DNA from: Massalongia carnosa
Lineage: Eukaryota
Reading direction: 5' to 3'
NCBI GenBank assembly: GCA_965645245.1
Contig: OZ287081.1
Span: 1,178,001-1,242,000 of the forward strand
Length of the DNA stretch: 64,000 bases
The translations under genes and the position numbers were made by a program. The notes under the pieces were generated by a model. That model saw nothing but the letters and a program-made list of their open reading frames with translations, was not told the origin of the DNA and made no database searches. This document shows, in pieces, positions 9,367 through 23,192 of the stretch (position 1 is the first letter of the stretch; each line of letters starts with the position of its first letter).

Positions 9367-11310
9367 ATGGCTCATCTTAGCGACTCATGGGTCGTGGAGA
9401 GTGTAGACGAAAGTAAGGAAATACCACTCCCACAACCTTCCCCCAACGCCACTCAATATCTAGATATGATGGAAGTTGTTACCCCAATTCGAAGGGCAAG
9501 AGAAGAAAGTAGTGATGTACGCCCCAGATTTTTAGAAGCGGGCGCTGCAAATGAAATCGCGGCAGATGCTCGTACAGGAGACAGTGGCGAAGATGATATT
9601 TTACGTTCAACTTCTACCGGCATGTCTCCACAGGCCTCATACTCAAAGCAAGCTTCATCATCGGTGCAACTGCGGCGCGGGTCAAACCAGGTAGATAAAT
9701 CTCGCTGGCAATCAGCTTGCAAAAACAATGAAGAAGGTGCCAATCTGGGTTCTCTGGAGAGCACCGACGAAGACATTCCAATAGCTATTGATACTACATT
9801 GAAACCCATTAGAAGCAAAGCAGGTAAAGTCTCAAAGTCGCCTCATAAGAGCACAAACCCATCAGGGACGGGTCGAAGGATCTCAACCCGTGCCAATACT
9901 AGAGCTACTGCTGAGCCAGATCTTATCATGCCATCAATTCATGAAGACAGCCTAGTGAGCTTATGGGTTGGTGAAGAAAAGCCAAGTATGAGGAAAGGGG
10001 CTATCAGGAAAGGTAGTCCTTTTGTAAGACCTGATGTGGCAAAGAGGGGTGAGGATTTGCCATCAAACAATCCAGCCCCAACCGCGCAAGTAAACCCAGA
10101 TATACTTTTGGAGTATATTGCAGCTTTCATTAAACCCATATTAAACTGGGTCTATGATATTACTGCGGGTGCCCTGGGAAAACTGAAAACTCCTATATCC
10201 TATATGCTTGCTATTTACCTTCTTTTTGTACTTTTACTACTTCTTCGCAACCTCCTGACCAACTCAATTTCTACTATGTTATCCCCGCTATGCAGAATCC
10301 CTGGATTATCTCTGCTTCCTCTCTCGATGTGCTACTCTCCAAAATTCGCAAAGGATGGGACTGGCGAGACCCCGCCTGTGCAGTTCGATCGACTGATGAA
10401 TGTACAATCGCAGTTTGAAGCCGTACTTGAAGAAAGTGCTGGAGGTGTTTCTTTACCGCTGGACATGAAGCGCGGCGAGGCATCAATCCGCGATCTGCGT
10501 CAAGTTGTTCGTTACAGCAACCTCCACTCGAAAAACGAGCTTGTACTTGAATTCAATGGCTTCATAGAGACAGCTCGGATTGCCTCGGGTGATCTTCAGA
10601 AATTCAATAGTCATGTGGGTCGCAGCGTAGACAACATAATTGCCACGGCGCGATGGACAAAGCGCGTCCTCGATGGCATCGCACTTCGCGACATCTCTCG
10701 TGGAGCCATCGCAGCATTTTTCAACGACAAATTACTCGCACCATTTCAACCGCTCAAATTTACAGAAAGCGCACTTTTGGACCAATACATCCTGCACACG
10801 AAGATTGTCGAGGAAGAAATCAAACGCCTCGTTGACGAGGCGCAAGCCCTGCTCTTAGTTTTACAAAACCTTGAGGATCGCCTGGATGTTATTCATGGGA
10901 TCGCGGTGCGCGATGACCTGCACGCGCAAAGTTCTAGGGCTGAAGTTCTTTCGCAACTCTGGACCAAGATAGGTGGCAACCGCACTAAATTGGGCAAATT
11001 CAACTCCCAGTTATCGCTATTGGTGCAAGTCAATACTTACCGAAAGTCTGCCATCGCGCATGTAAGCAGGACAATAGTAAAGTTGCAGGGGATAGGCACT
11101 GAACTAGAGGAATTGAGGGAGCGGGTAGGCAGCGTAGATTTATTAGGAGGAACCAACGGGTTGCCGTTGAGTGTTCATATTGAGAATATCGAGCTTGGCG
11201 TAGAAAGATTAGAGACTGGAAGGAACCGGGCCAAGGGGATCGAGAATGAAGAATTGAGGAAGACGCTAGGGAGAGGAAACAGCGAAACCAAGGTAATCGA
11301 CGGACGTTGA
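9367..11310 (+). CDS. Hypothetical 647-aa protein: disordered N-terminus, one TM helix, coiled-coil C-terminal half
   Basis: Long open ATG ORF with hydrophobic ISYMLAIYLLFVLLLLL followed by a heptad-rich helical region. Confidence 0.8.
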   Translation: MAHLSDSWVVESVDESKEIPLPQPSPNATQYLDMMEVVTPIRRAREESSDVRPRFLEAGAANEIAADARTGDSGEDDILRSTSTGMSPQASYSKQASSSVQLRRGSNQVDKSRWQSACKNNEEGANLGSLESTDEDIPIAIDTTLKPIRSKAGKVSKSPHKSTNPSGTGRRISTRANTRATAEPDLIMPSIHEDSLVSLWVGEEKPSMRKGAIRKGSPFVRPDVAKRGEDLPSNNPAPTAQVNPDILLEYIAAFIKPILNWVYDITAGALGKLKTPISYMLAIYLLFVLLLLLRNLLTNSISTMLSPLCRIPGLSLLPLSMCYSPKFAKDGTGETPPVQFDRLMNVQSQFEAVLEESAGGVSLPLDMKRGEASIRDLRQVVRYSNLHSKNELVLEFNGFIETARIASGDLQKFNSHVGRSVDNIIATARWTKRVLDGIALRDISRGAIAAFFNDKLLAPFQPLKFTESALLDQYILHTKIVEEEIKRLVDEAQALLLVLQNLEDRLDVIHGIAVRDDLHAQSSRAEVLSQLWTKIGGNRTKLGKFNSQLSLLVQVNTYRKSAIAHVSRTIVKLQGIGTELEELRERVGSVDLLGGTNGLPLSVHIENIELGVERLETGRNRAKGIENEELRKTLGRGNSETKVIDGR

Positions 11311-11418
11311 ATATAGAAGACCAAACTTCCCACCTGGGGAACCGACAAATAGAATCTATGACAACAAATTCAAGATCCGGGAGGTACCCAGTTATTTTAT
11401 GGACTTGAATTTGTTCTC

Positions 11419-13040
<1,622 letters not shown>

Positions 13041-13523
13041 CTAGTGAAGCCTGGTGCGCGCAAAGGTCTCTCCGATATTGCTATGATGCAGCAGGAACGT
13101 AGATGGAGGAACCACGGCTGTAATCGGTACTGAGCAATAGAGCTGGCCGGCATTTACTCTGTATTTAAATAGGGTGCGAGACATGGAGCCTATCGACCCC
13201 AAGCCTCTCACTTACACAGCATCCGGGGCCTTCCATGAGGCTTTTTGGCTGAAATGCAACACCTATACAGAGTACTCTGTATTTTCATACGTAGGTACTT
13301 GACCAGTCGACGTATCATTCTCTGGCACTTTGTAAAAATGTTTGATAATCGGTCAGGTAATCTGCGTGCAGACAAGCTATGACAGATGAGGAAAGCGTGC
13401 GGTGGGGATGCTCCAGTCCAGTTCATTCATCGATCGCTTTGGAATCGATCCCCATAATCGATAGCAATGCCTGCCTACTTAACACTTGAAATGTTCACCG
13501 TGACAAAGTAAAATCACAGCTAC

Positions 13524-13790
13524 TGACGTCATGGTGTTTTTGGGTAGGTAGGTAACTTACCTTCCTACCGATTGATATAGGTAGCCTACGAAAACCTCTC
13601 AATCGTCTTATCGGTATCACTGCAGTAAAGGCGCAGACGAAGGACATTTCGGTGGTGAAAGTATTTAGGTATGTTGTACGTATGCACAGCCTCCACTAAT
13701 ACACGCTTGGGATGCATGTCCTTGCCGCCTTAGCATTTTCCATGATTCCATAATCTTTCGGAAAACCATACCAAAGTGAACAATGACTAA
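13524..13790. promoter_or_regulatory. Candidate CRE (TGACGTCA 13524-13531) and Yap1-type (TGACTAA 13784-13790) sites in the divergent GLR1/MFS promoter
   Basis: Exact matches to ATF/CREB and Yap1 consensus sites. Short motifs can occur by chance. Confidence 0.3.
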
Positions 13791-14153
13791 TCAGTGACTT
13801 CATGCGAGGTAACGTAGCCTCAGGCTAAATCTGCACGCGAAGCTCCTCCAAGCTCCCTAAATCCAATAATTTTCGGGTTGTAATCATGGCAGGCCTTTTC
13901 ATTCAAATGCACTCCCTGGTAAGCTGTATATTAGCATTGGATGTTTCCTAATCTTAGTCCTCAATGTCCGGGCTACAGCGGTCAAACTATGTTGGCCATC
14001 ATCACCATGTATCAGTGGTTCATGACAATACTTTCTTCGCTGTTAAATACGATCTTCTCCCTTTGGATTTCATGCCATCAATCCGCTCATTGTATCTGAA
14101 TTGTCAGTATAACACTTTACATAAGCTGTCTACCTGCTTCGGTTCTATTTTCG

Positions 14154-15985
14154 ATGGAGCCTCATATGAATTCCGCTCTGATGCAATCCCCTTCCACAAG
14201 CATATCCGCCCCCCGAGCCCCAGAAATGATACAGCAGCCCAAGGAAGATTTCAATGTTGGCCACGCGATGTCGCCCCGGGATCCAGATAATCCATTCAAT
14301 TGGCCTCTGTACAGAAGAGTATATGCCTCTGCTGTCTCGTATGCGTTTGGTTTTGCAGTGTGGGTTCTCCTTCGAAGTCCCTATATCTTGATTAGCAGCC
14401 ACCTCTGACATTGACCTACAGTGCGTTCGGCATCACATCCTATACCGCTGGTATCACTGGAGTGATGAAGGATTTCAATGTTTCAATGACTGTTGCAATA
14501 TTGGGACTGTCCTTGAACTTGTTGGGGATTGCTTTCGCTCCAATAATAACACCACATATCACTGAACGCACGGGTCGTTCAACCGTCTACCTAATCAGTT
14601 TACCTCTCTTCAGTCTCTTCATACTAGGTGCATCGCAGTCTCACAGCTTTGCGGCTCTTGCAGTTTGCCGGTTTTTTGCTGGGTTTTTTGGTGGACCCTG
14701 TCTGGTTCTGATTGAAGGTACATTCGCCGATTGCTGGCGAGGACATACAACAGTGACCTACTATTCAATATTGGCTTTATCACCCTACATCGGAACAGCA
14801 TGTGGTATGGTAACCATGGCATAATCTTAATATGCGCTACAGCACACGCATTCCCAGGCTAACCATGACTCCTAGGACCCCTTGTTGGAGGATTTATCTT
14901 CGCTTCGAAAAACTGGCAATGGACCCAATACATAACATTGATGATTGCTCTTGCGGCATTCCTTCTAGGTGTCGGGCTTCCCGAAACCTATAATAGATCC
15001 ATTTTAAGACGCCAAGCAGCACGACACGGGCTTCCCCCTCCCAAGCTACTACTAGCTCAGAGTGGGGTTACTCTACGAGACATGGCTCAAGTAACCGTTG
15101 TTACACCAATCAAAATGCTATTCAGAGAGCCCATTGTAGCTTTAATCAGCATTGGTCTCGCTTTCAATTTTGCTGTGCTATTCCAGTTCTTTATCGCTGT
15201 CCCGGCGGTCTTGCATTTGGTCTATGGTTTCGCGGTCCAGAAGGCAGGGCTGGCGTTCATTGCCGCAATTTTGGGCTCTCTTCTGGCTGCGGCAACCTCG
15301 ATAGTGTTCGATAGAGTCACAGACCTTCGCCTATCGAAGAAGACCAACGACGGAATGGTGGCTATCGAATACAGGCTACTTCCCGCGATGCTGGGCGGAT
15401 TCTTTATGACAGGCTCACTCTTTTGGATTGGCTGGACTGCGAAGCCCACAATCAGCTACGCAAGCCCTATTCTGGGAACTCTACTCTACGTATGGGGTAG
15501 CATGTCTGTTCTGGTAAGCCCCATCCCAGAAAAGCGGTTGCCGCTTCTTCTAAGACACTTATCTGACGGCGTTTGCGCGGCAGATTTCCTCAGTCGCCTA
15601 CCTCTTCGACGCTTATCCACCTCGAGAGACTCTCTCTGCACTCACTATCGCTGCGTCCCTGAGACTAGTTTTTGCGGCGTGCCTTCCTCTCGTCATCATC
15701 CAAAGTGAGCAGACTCCGAGTGAAAATTATTTGATCCAGCAAGAAGACTAACTGGGCGCTTCCTAAGTGATTACGGGCATAACGGGCGCTTGGGCGTATA
15801 GCGTCTTCGGTTTCATCTCGATTACGATGTTGCCAATCCCTTTCGTCTTGTTCAGGTGGGGCGCCACGCTACGATCCAGAAGCAAATACGGTCCTGGGAT
15901 GATGATGATGACGGGGAACAATGTGACGAAAGATGTCACGGAACCGGAGGAGCAGACGATGGATGATATGCAAAAAAGGGTTTAG
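14154..15985 (+). CDS. MFS drug:H+ antiporter (DHA1-like), 5 exons
   Basis: DPDNPFNWP, TERTGRSTVY, CRFFAGFFGG, LPETY, EYRLLPAMLGG and YLFDAY. The frame is continuous after removing 4 GT-AG introns. Confidence 0.9.
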
Positions 15986-17283
15986 AAAACACTCATCGTT
16001 GATGAATATTAAGCGTGTAAAAGAATTGTTTTGAAAACTTGGGTCTTGATTAGGGCGGGATGATAGATCTTGACGTATGTATCGTAATCGGAAGGCGTTC
16101 ATGCATCGAAGGATTCTCGGCCTGGAATCTCGGCTGGATTTTATATTGCTGGTACCAACAGCGATGGTTGTGAGTTTGCTTTAAGGAAGTCGACCAAATG
16201 TCTAACTGTTGTCTTGTGACCAGCACAGATCACGTCATCAAAATTAAACGATCCTTCCATTGACGAGAACTCCAGTTTCCTTTTTTTCGGCCGCATGGCC
16301 AACATCTCTGACTACCAATCTGCTTTTATCGAGGGTTTTAACTAACCAAAGCACGTCGCTATCATAAATAACACAACCAATGAGACCATTCAGATTGCGA
16401 ACGCGGGCTTTGAGAATAGCCATAATAACTTTCTCTGCGCTTTCGCCCATTGGACACTGAATAAAGTATTTGAAGCTAGATGTCAAAGAATCCAACAAGG
16501 CTAGGCCTACAAACATTGACAGAAGCAGCTACCTATCAGTTTTGTCACCTTTAAGGAACTCAACCAGTGATAACCAAGGGTGACTCGCGAACCGTTAGTT
16601 AAGCAATTTTCTAAGTCGCATACTATTGGTTCCAAGAGCCGCAAACCCCTTCTGTTAATCAACCATTGAAGGGGAGTGGCGAAGCTGTGAAAGCCTGACT
16701 CGCTGCGGGGAACCTTATACGAGTCCTTCGTGGGGGCTTAGCGAGTGAGGGGAGCCCTGCGCCACTTGCCCGCTGGCAATCATCGAAAGTTATTCCCTAA
16801 CAATTTTTTGGATTCTGTTCTGCACCTATCAATTCGTGGCTCATATTTCGCGACCGATGGCAACGGTAAAGATATGTTGTGTGCGACAACATATCTTTAC
16901 CGTTGCCATCGGTTCCAGAAACCGGTGCGCGAAATTCCTCTACCTCCCAGGGTAGTTAAGGAGGGTTCATGATAGCTGAGTGCGTGGATGCCTCGACAAG
17001 GCTACTTCTCCGTGTCGTCCGGTGAACATTAACGGGATCTATGGATGCTTAAGGTAGCCTTGTCGCCAGATTTATAAGATGAATTGTTCCTTCTGTTTCC
17101 TTGGGTCATCCAAGTCCTCCAAGTCATCCATGTCTTCCGAGTCTTGCTCAGCCTTTCTCTTCTGTCCTGAGGCAAAAAGAAAAATTCAAAAGAAAGAATA
17201 TACCCAATCCAAGTGAAGGAGCTTCGTTGTTTTCCTCAATCTCTTCAGCTCATCAACCTCTAACGAGCCCAAGCCAATACCAG

Positions 17284-18036
17284 ATGTGTTTTCCCAGGCT
17301 TGAAGGCGCAATTGAGGTTGAAGAGCGGCGGCCAAGGTATCAAAACGAACCACATCGAAAGCGCCTCAGACTTGTAAGAGATCGCGACAACAGACAGTCG
17401 GATGAATGGACGCTGGCCCGATCCTCTGACTCAGGAAGACGCTTCCCTCGGCAAGAGATGACATCGTCGCACCCTTGGCCCCAGCAAAGGTGGCCAAATC
17501 AGCATAGCTTTGGAGGTCATCCGCATCCGCCTCCACTACCACCACCGCCAGCTCCCATGTATCCCCCAGTCTTTCAAGATCCCAGGCATGGTGGCTTTCA
17601 CCCACAACCCATGCAGGAGTTTGGCCATGGCATAGAGCGTGTTGACGTCGAAGAGTTCAATCCTGGCAACCGAGGACATCATCAGGAAGTTATGCCTCGC
17701 TACCGGGAGATTGAGCCTCGTCATCACGAGCCCGAACCACGTTCGCAAATGCCGCAGAACTTAACGGTCAACATAGACAGCGGCCGAAGCCGGCGAGGCC
17801 GTAGCGGAACCAGGAGTAGATCCCGAGATCCTCACCGAGGGCGTCAGGGACATCCGGTCTACTCGGACGAGACTCTTCACGAAAAAAATAGCCGAGGTAA
17901 TTACCAAGCCGAAAGAAGGCGCTCTCGGATGCCTTCGAGCTCGTTTGGTGCCTCTTCCTACGACAGTTTCGACGATCTATCCAAACCGTGGCGTCGCTCT
18001 GGCTCGTCACGAAGACCCATGCACCCGAGGTGGTAG
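17284..18036 (+). CDS. Hypothetical Pro/His/Arg/Ser-rich protein (~250 aa)
   Basis: Open ORF from ATG 17284 with an upstream TATAA. Low complexity, no recognisable domain. Confidence 0.55.
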   Translation: MCFPRLEGAIEVEERRPRYQNEPHRKRLRLVRDRDNRQSDEWTLARSSDSGRRFPRQEMTSSHPWPQQRWPNQHSFGGHPHPPPLPPPPAPMYPPVFQDPRHGGFHPQPMQEFGHGIERVDVEEFNPGNRGHHQEVMPRYREIEPRHHEPEPRSQMPQNLTVNIDSGRSRRGRSGTRSRSRDPHRGRQGHPVYSDETLHEKNSRGNYQAERRRSRMPSSSFGASSYDSFDDLSKPWRRSGSSRRPMHPRW

Positions 18037-18741
18037 GTAGCGAAGGGTATCGATGGGGCACTGGTGGTCTTACTCTCTCCCTCTCTCTGGGATTTCCCTA
18101 TTACGGAAACGCCGTATCGTCTATACTAGAGGATACATCCATATCCATGATTTCGATCATCACTTTGCCCCGCGTCATTTCCCAAGGCGGTCAGGCGTTT
18201 TTCCGTGCTAGAACACATATATCCCATCATTTCGGTTCCGCAGACTTCCCAAGAGCGAGCCAGCCAACCAGCCAGCTAGGAGTTACGTAGTGGAAAAAAC
18301 TCTTAAACTTGGGGCTACGGGGATTTATCCTGTTATGTATATCGAGCTTCTTACAGCACCTAGGGACATCATATCATATCCGTTCTTGCTTTTATTTTAT
18401 TATTATTAATTTTTTTTTTTAGGATACGTACCCAGTTACAGGTTCTTTCATTTACACCCAAAATAAACAAATCACCAGACTTGGTGATTTTCGCATTTTT
18501 GTGTGTACGTTATATTCCCTTCTGCCTTTACACAAAGTGAGTCATGTATCGTTCGTCACCCGCCTCGATCGTCATCGTAGTAGTATTCATATATTCCCCC
18601 GAAGTCAGCACGGAAGCCATCCAGTTCCATCTATCCATGAGCCATCTCCCAGCCACACATTCCCCCCAAAACCCCACGATACTTAGCCAAATCCCTCCTT
18701 CCCTCCCTTCCTTTCCCCGTAGGTAGGGGATTCTCTACCTC

Positions 18742-18791
18742 CACTCACTTGCTCACTCGCTCACTTCACTCACTCACTTGCTCACTCACTC
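18742..18791. repeat. Imperfect (CACT)n microsatellite
   Basis: CACTCACTTGCTCACTCGCTCACTTCACTCACTCAC... Confidence 0.8.
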
Positions 18792-18914
18792 AGAAGGCAA
18801 CTTAATCCCCTTCACCCTTACACTCATCTAGGGTTATCCAGCCTCGGTCAAAGACTGATTAGGTGGTTGATTCTGTCTGTAGCTCTCTTATTCCGAGCTC
18901 CCTCCCTTCCTCCC

Positions 18915-21588
18915 TCACAGACCTAAATACCTCACCCCGATCGTTCCCTCATCCCCATCCCGCAGCCCCTTCACGCCTACTGTGACTGCTTCCTCGGGGA
19001 CCATGTCAATGCAATTATCGTCCCATATAACGGCGTCGTCCGCTGATTCCAGGGCGACCCCCTTGACAGGAACGTTGGAGGATATCTCCACCACGCTACC
19101 TTCGGCTAGTACCGTCACGGATAGCTGGGTAGGCAGTGGTAAGTAAGCGTATTTTAAGGGCTCAGGCCAGTTCACGGCCCGCGCGGCTTTATGCCCGTTC
19201 TCGAATAGGTATGCTGCGACGACTGTGTCTGACTCTTCGTTTGCGTCTTTGACGAAGACAGGGACTTCAAGTTCGGCGATTTCTGTGCTGCAGTTGGGAG
19301 GTAGGAAGAACTCAGCGTGAAGGATCTTGGAGTATTTTTCTCTACCTGTGACGATATCCCAGGCCTTCAAGTAAACGGCCACAATGTAGGGTTTGAGGGA
19401 GAGATTCGTGGCCCATATTTCGAGCTTGTGTACCGTCTTAGTATACGCTCGAGTGTATTCATCAAGAGGCGTTATGTGTAGGGTTCGCTTTAGGCCGAGT
19501 GTGAGACGAGAGAGCTCCCGCTTCACGGCGTAATAAGCAAGTTTAGGACGGAGATTGTAATCAACGATCGCCCACGACGTGACGGGCCAGCAGTCATTCA
19601 TTTGCCACACCAGGGCCCCGGCGCAGTACTCCCGCCCCGGACCTTTCCACTTTCGCTTCCACAATCGATAGGCACTCGCAAGGCACTCGGCTTGCATAAG
19701 CTGCGTGCAATATATGAACTGCTCCAACGGCTCAAATTTATATTGCATGTTTTCAACCAAATACAAAGCTAATCTTCGCTCGTGTCCAAGAGCCTTGTTG
19801 TGAAAATCTATAGTGGAGGACTGTGGATATCGATCAGCGTCTTCCTTTCCATTTTGTAAGTAGCTGTCGATGGTCTTGATGCTTGGGAAGCCTTCCATGC
19901 CAAACTCGGAAACAAACCGTCCACTCAATCGATCAAAGTTTTGATACTTTTCTTGCCTTCCATGCCACACTGCAATATATAAGCACTTTTTCCGCTTCGC
20001 AATACCCATCTCAATATAACGTACCGTTCCACTGATGAATATCGCCCACAGTTGGATCTCCTGATGTTTTCCCACCAAAAGGTGACCCAAAGTGATAGTA
20101 GGTCCCTGGCGCAAATTCCTTCATGACTTCTACAAGAAGTTTTTCATAAATATACCTTGCTGGGAAAGAACTTCTTAACCAGCTTTGAGGATCATGATCT
20201 TCTGGATCATAATCGAGACTCTCATCCTCCTGGTACGCGTAATCCTCATTGTTTCCAGCCCAAATGACAATGGAAACATGGTGTCTTAACCGCTTGACGT
20301 TGGCTATGGCCTCGGTCTTTACCAAAGCTAGGAATTCTCTATGCGCTGGATAGTTACCGCAGGCAAACATGAAATCCTGCCAGACCAAGATTCCCATTTC
20401 GTCGCAAGCATCATAAAAGGCGTTTTCCTCGTATATCCCGCCGCCCCAGACACGAATCATGACTTGATTTCCATTGGCTACCAGCCTCACCCAATCCCGA
20501 TACTTTTGAGCATCGATTCTGGGAGTGAAGCTGTCGGCAGGAATCCAATTGCTACCCCCACAAAACACGGGAATATTGTTAATTTTGAAAATGAATGAGG
20601 TGCCGCAGGCGTCATCAAGACTTCGCTGAACGAGTTTAACTCTTCGGAGACCGAATGATTTGGTCATAGAATCAAGTTCATCTTGTCCTGAAACCAAGGT
20701 GGCAACCAAGATGTAAAGTGGCTGTTCCCCGTACCCCACAGGAAACCACAACTCAGGACATTCTATCTTGAAACTAGCCGTGGCTAACCCGCGGATTACG
20801 TTGACCGTCTCATTTTTGACGCTCTTACCATGAAGGGAAATTTCGAATCGCACTCGCTCTCCTCTGCCTTCCACCTCGGCTTTTGTTATGACATCGGCCG
20901 AATCTAACAATCGGTTAACTTCAATGTCAAAATGGAGATCGGAGATGCGCGAGCTGTAGACTTCGAGATATATCGGCCGCCATGGTCCGGCAGTCAACAT
21001 TACCGGACCCCAGTCCCATCCCTGAAGAAATGCACATTGTCATTCATGTTTCCCGATCCTGTAGATTAGGTGAGGGTTTACATAGTGGTATTGCGCCTTT
21101 CGTACTGCCAACCGGCTTACATCACCATTCTGGCAGCCCCAGTGATGCTTTGGGTATTTCTCTACAATCTTCTTTCCGATCAGGAAGGTACTATCAAATG
21201 TTATCTCCAGCACATTCTCACCCTGGAGTCTGAGGATTTCTGTCACGTTGACTCTTTCTGGGGTGAACATGTTTTCTGATTCAAGGATTTCGTGGCCATT
21301 GAGCCTCACTGTCGCAAAGGTATCAAGACCATCAAAAGCCAAAACGACCTTTTTCTCGTGGAAAAGTGGCGACTGGAAGCTTGTGCGATAAACCCAAGCC
21401 TTCTCGCCCACCCATTGAACGAGGGTTTCGTTTTTTCCTACAAATGGGTCTGGTATAATACCGTTGTGCATCAAATCAAGATGCACATTGGTTGGCATTT
21501 GGGCGACGGGTAAGAATTCAGAAAACTCATCATTGACTTCCCGAAATCGCCAGCCCGTGGAAAGAGGAACCACAGCTCTCAGAGTCAT
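18915..21588 (-). CDS. GH2 beta-mannosidase, 3 exons
   Basis: FDGLDTFA, RKAQYHY/GWDWGP, GSNWIPADSF, RVWGGGIYE, WAGNNE, RFVSEFG and WQMNDCWP. Two GT-AG introns restore the frame. Confidence 0.93.
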
Positions 21589-21904
21589 GTTGTAGTGACC
21601 AAAAAGCCATGCATGCAAACGTAGGCGTGTTTGAAGCGCTGCCTTTCCTCTCTCAACGCTTTGTAGCTTGTATTGGAATTCCAAATCTTTCACATTATAA
21701 AATGAGTTTGTATTCCCTAAACAAACCTAGGTATGGCCACACACCTCCACGGGGAGAGGCAGCAAGATTTTGTAGTTTGTAGATGTAGAGTGTACAAAGA
21801 AGTCGGACTTTGAGTGAGGCTGCCTCTACAAGGCGAATATCACCCAATCGATTGGCTGCATTAGGCGTGTGTTCTGGCGCTGTTGGCGCGGCCGCTAGTA
21901 TGTA

Positions 21905-23190
21905 CAGTCCCGTTTTCAACTCATCAACCCCCCATCTTCCACCTTATCATTTCACCATGCTTCGTGCTTCTTTGACCCCCATAAGTGGTAATCGGCCTCG
22001 TAACACTGAATTGACGCCATATCAATGTGGTATGATTGTTTGGGCCCAGGCGTTGGGGCACACACCGACCGAGATTGGGAAGACTATTAATTTCACTAAA
22101 TCGACCGTGCAGAGCACCATTCAGAAGCACTCAATTCGCAACGACGGCGTGTCTAAATCACGTTCTGGACGGCCTGAAGTGCTGTCAGAACGCGATCGAC
22201 GTTATATCATCAAGCATGCACGAATCAATCCACGAATCACTTATGCACAAATCAAACTAGAAGTGGGGCTCGGCTGCAGTCGTACGACAATTTATCGGGC
22301 ACTCAAACTGTATGGTTTAACCAACTGGGTGGCTAAAAAACGACCTTTATTGACGCCTGAGGTGGCCAAGAAACGATTGGATTGGTGCTTGCTGCGGCGT
22401 GAGTGGACTTTTGAGCAGTGGTCAAGAGTTATATGGTCAGATGAGTGCTCGGTGGAAAAGGGGTCAGGAAAACAGCGTCAGTGGGTGTTCAGATTGCCGA
22501 AAGAAAAATGTAATAAAGAGATGATACAACCTGTCCCCAAAGGCAAAGGAGTCAGTGTCATGGTCTGGGTAGCTTTTTGGGGAGATGACAGGTCAGATCT
22601 TTACAAATTGGCTCGTGATTTTGCTGCGAAGAAGATGGGGTACTCGGCGAACTCATATATGGAATTATTGAACGATAATCTGCTTGGAATTTGGCAACCG
22701 GGCCTCATTTTCATGCAGGATAACGCACCTATACATAAGGCTAAAAAGGTGATGGAATGGTTCAATGAGAACGGCATAGAGGTCATCGATTGGCCCCCCT
22801 ATTCACCTGATTTAAATCCTATCGAGCACGTTTGGTATGTGCTCAAAAAGCTCGTCTATCAAGTCAACCCGAACATAGATTTGGTGATCGGCAGTGATGA
22901 AACTGTTCGTGAGGTACTTTGGAAAGCGTTAGAAGAAGCCTGGACTCTGATAGATGTGAAAATGATGAGGAGGTTAATAGAGAGCATGAATAGGAGGATA
23001 AAAGCGTGTATAGCGTCGGAAGGATGGTATACTAAATATTAAAAATCAATTTTTGGGGGAATTCTTGTTTAGTATGTATGTAATTATTATGTAAAGTTTC
23101 AAGACATTTCAGCAATCGTGACGTGGTTGATTGTTGATTGAATAGAATGATTGAAATGTTAGTGGGGTGCGGGGCCGCAGACTTTTGGCC
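21905..23190 (+). mobile_element. Tc1-like transposon with damaged ends
   Basis: A TIR-like right end GTGGGGTGCGGGGCCGCAGACTTTTGGCC is cut at TA 23191-23192 by pogo B. The left end shows only TA|CAGT with no matching TIR, so boundaries are tentative. Confidence 0.6.
21957..23042 (+). CDS. Tc1-family DD34E transposase (intact ORF)
   Basis: HTH N-terminus, GRPEVLS, WSDE, FMQDNAPIH and SPDLNPIE, with 34 residues between the second D and E. Confidence 0.93.
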   Translation: MLRASLTPISGNRPRNTELTPYQCGMIVWAQALGHTPTEIGKTINFTKSTVQSTIQKHSIRNDGVSKSRSGRPEVLSERDRRYIIKHARINPRITYAQIKLEVGLGCSRTTIYRALKLYGLTNWVAKKRPLLTPEVAKKRLDWCLLRREWTFEQWSRVIWSDECSVEKGSGKQRQWVFRLPKEKCNKEMIQPVPKGKGVSVMVWVAFWGDDRSDLYKLARDFAAKKMGYSANSYMELLNDNLLGIWQPGLIFMQDNAPIHKAKKVMEWFNENGIEVIDWPPYSPDLNPIEHVWYVLKKLVYQVNPNIDLVIGSDETVREVLWKALEEAWTLIDVKMMRRLIESMNRRIKACIASEGWYTKY

Positions 23191-23192
23191 TA

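Noticed and set aside
16244..16972. Short ORFs between the MFS gene and the Pro-rich gene
   Set aside because: No recognisable domain or splice structure.
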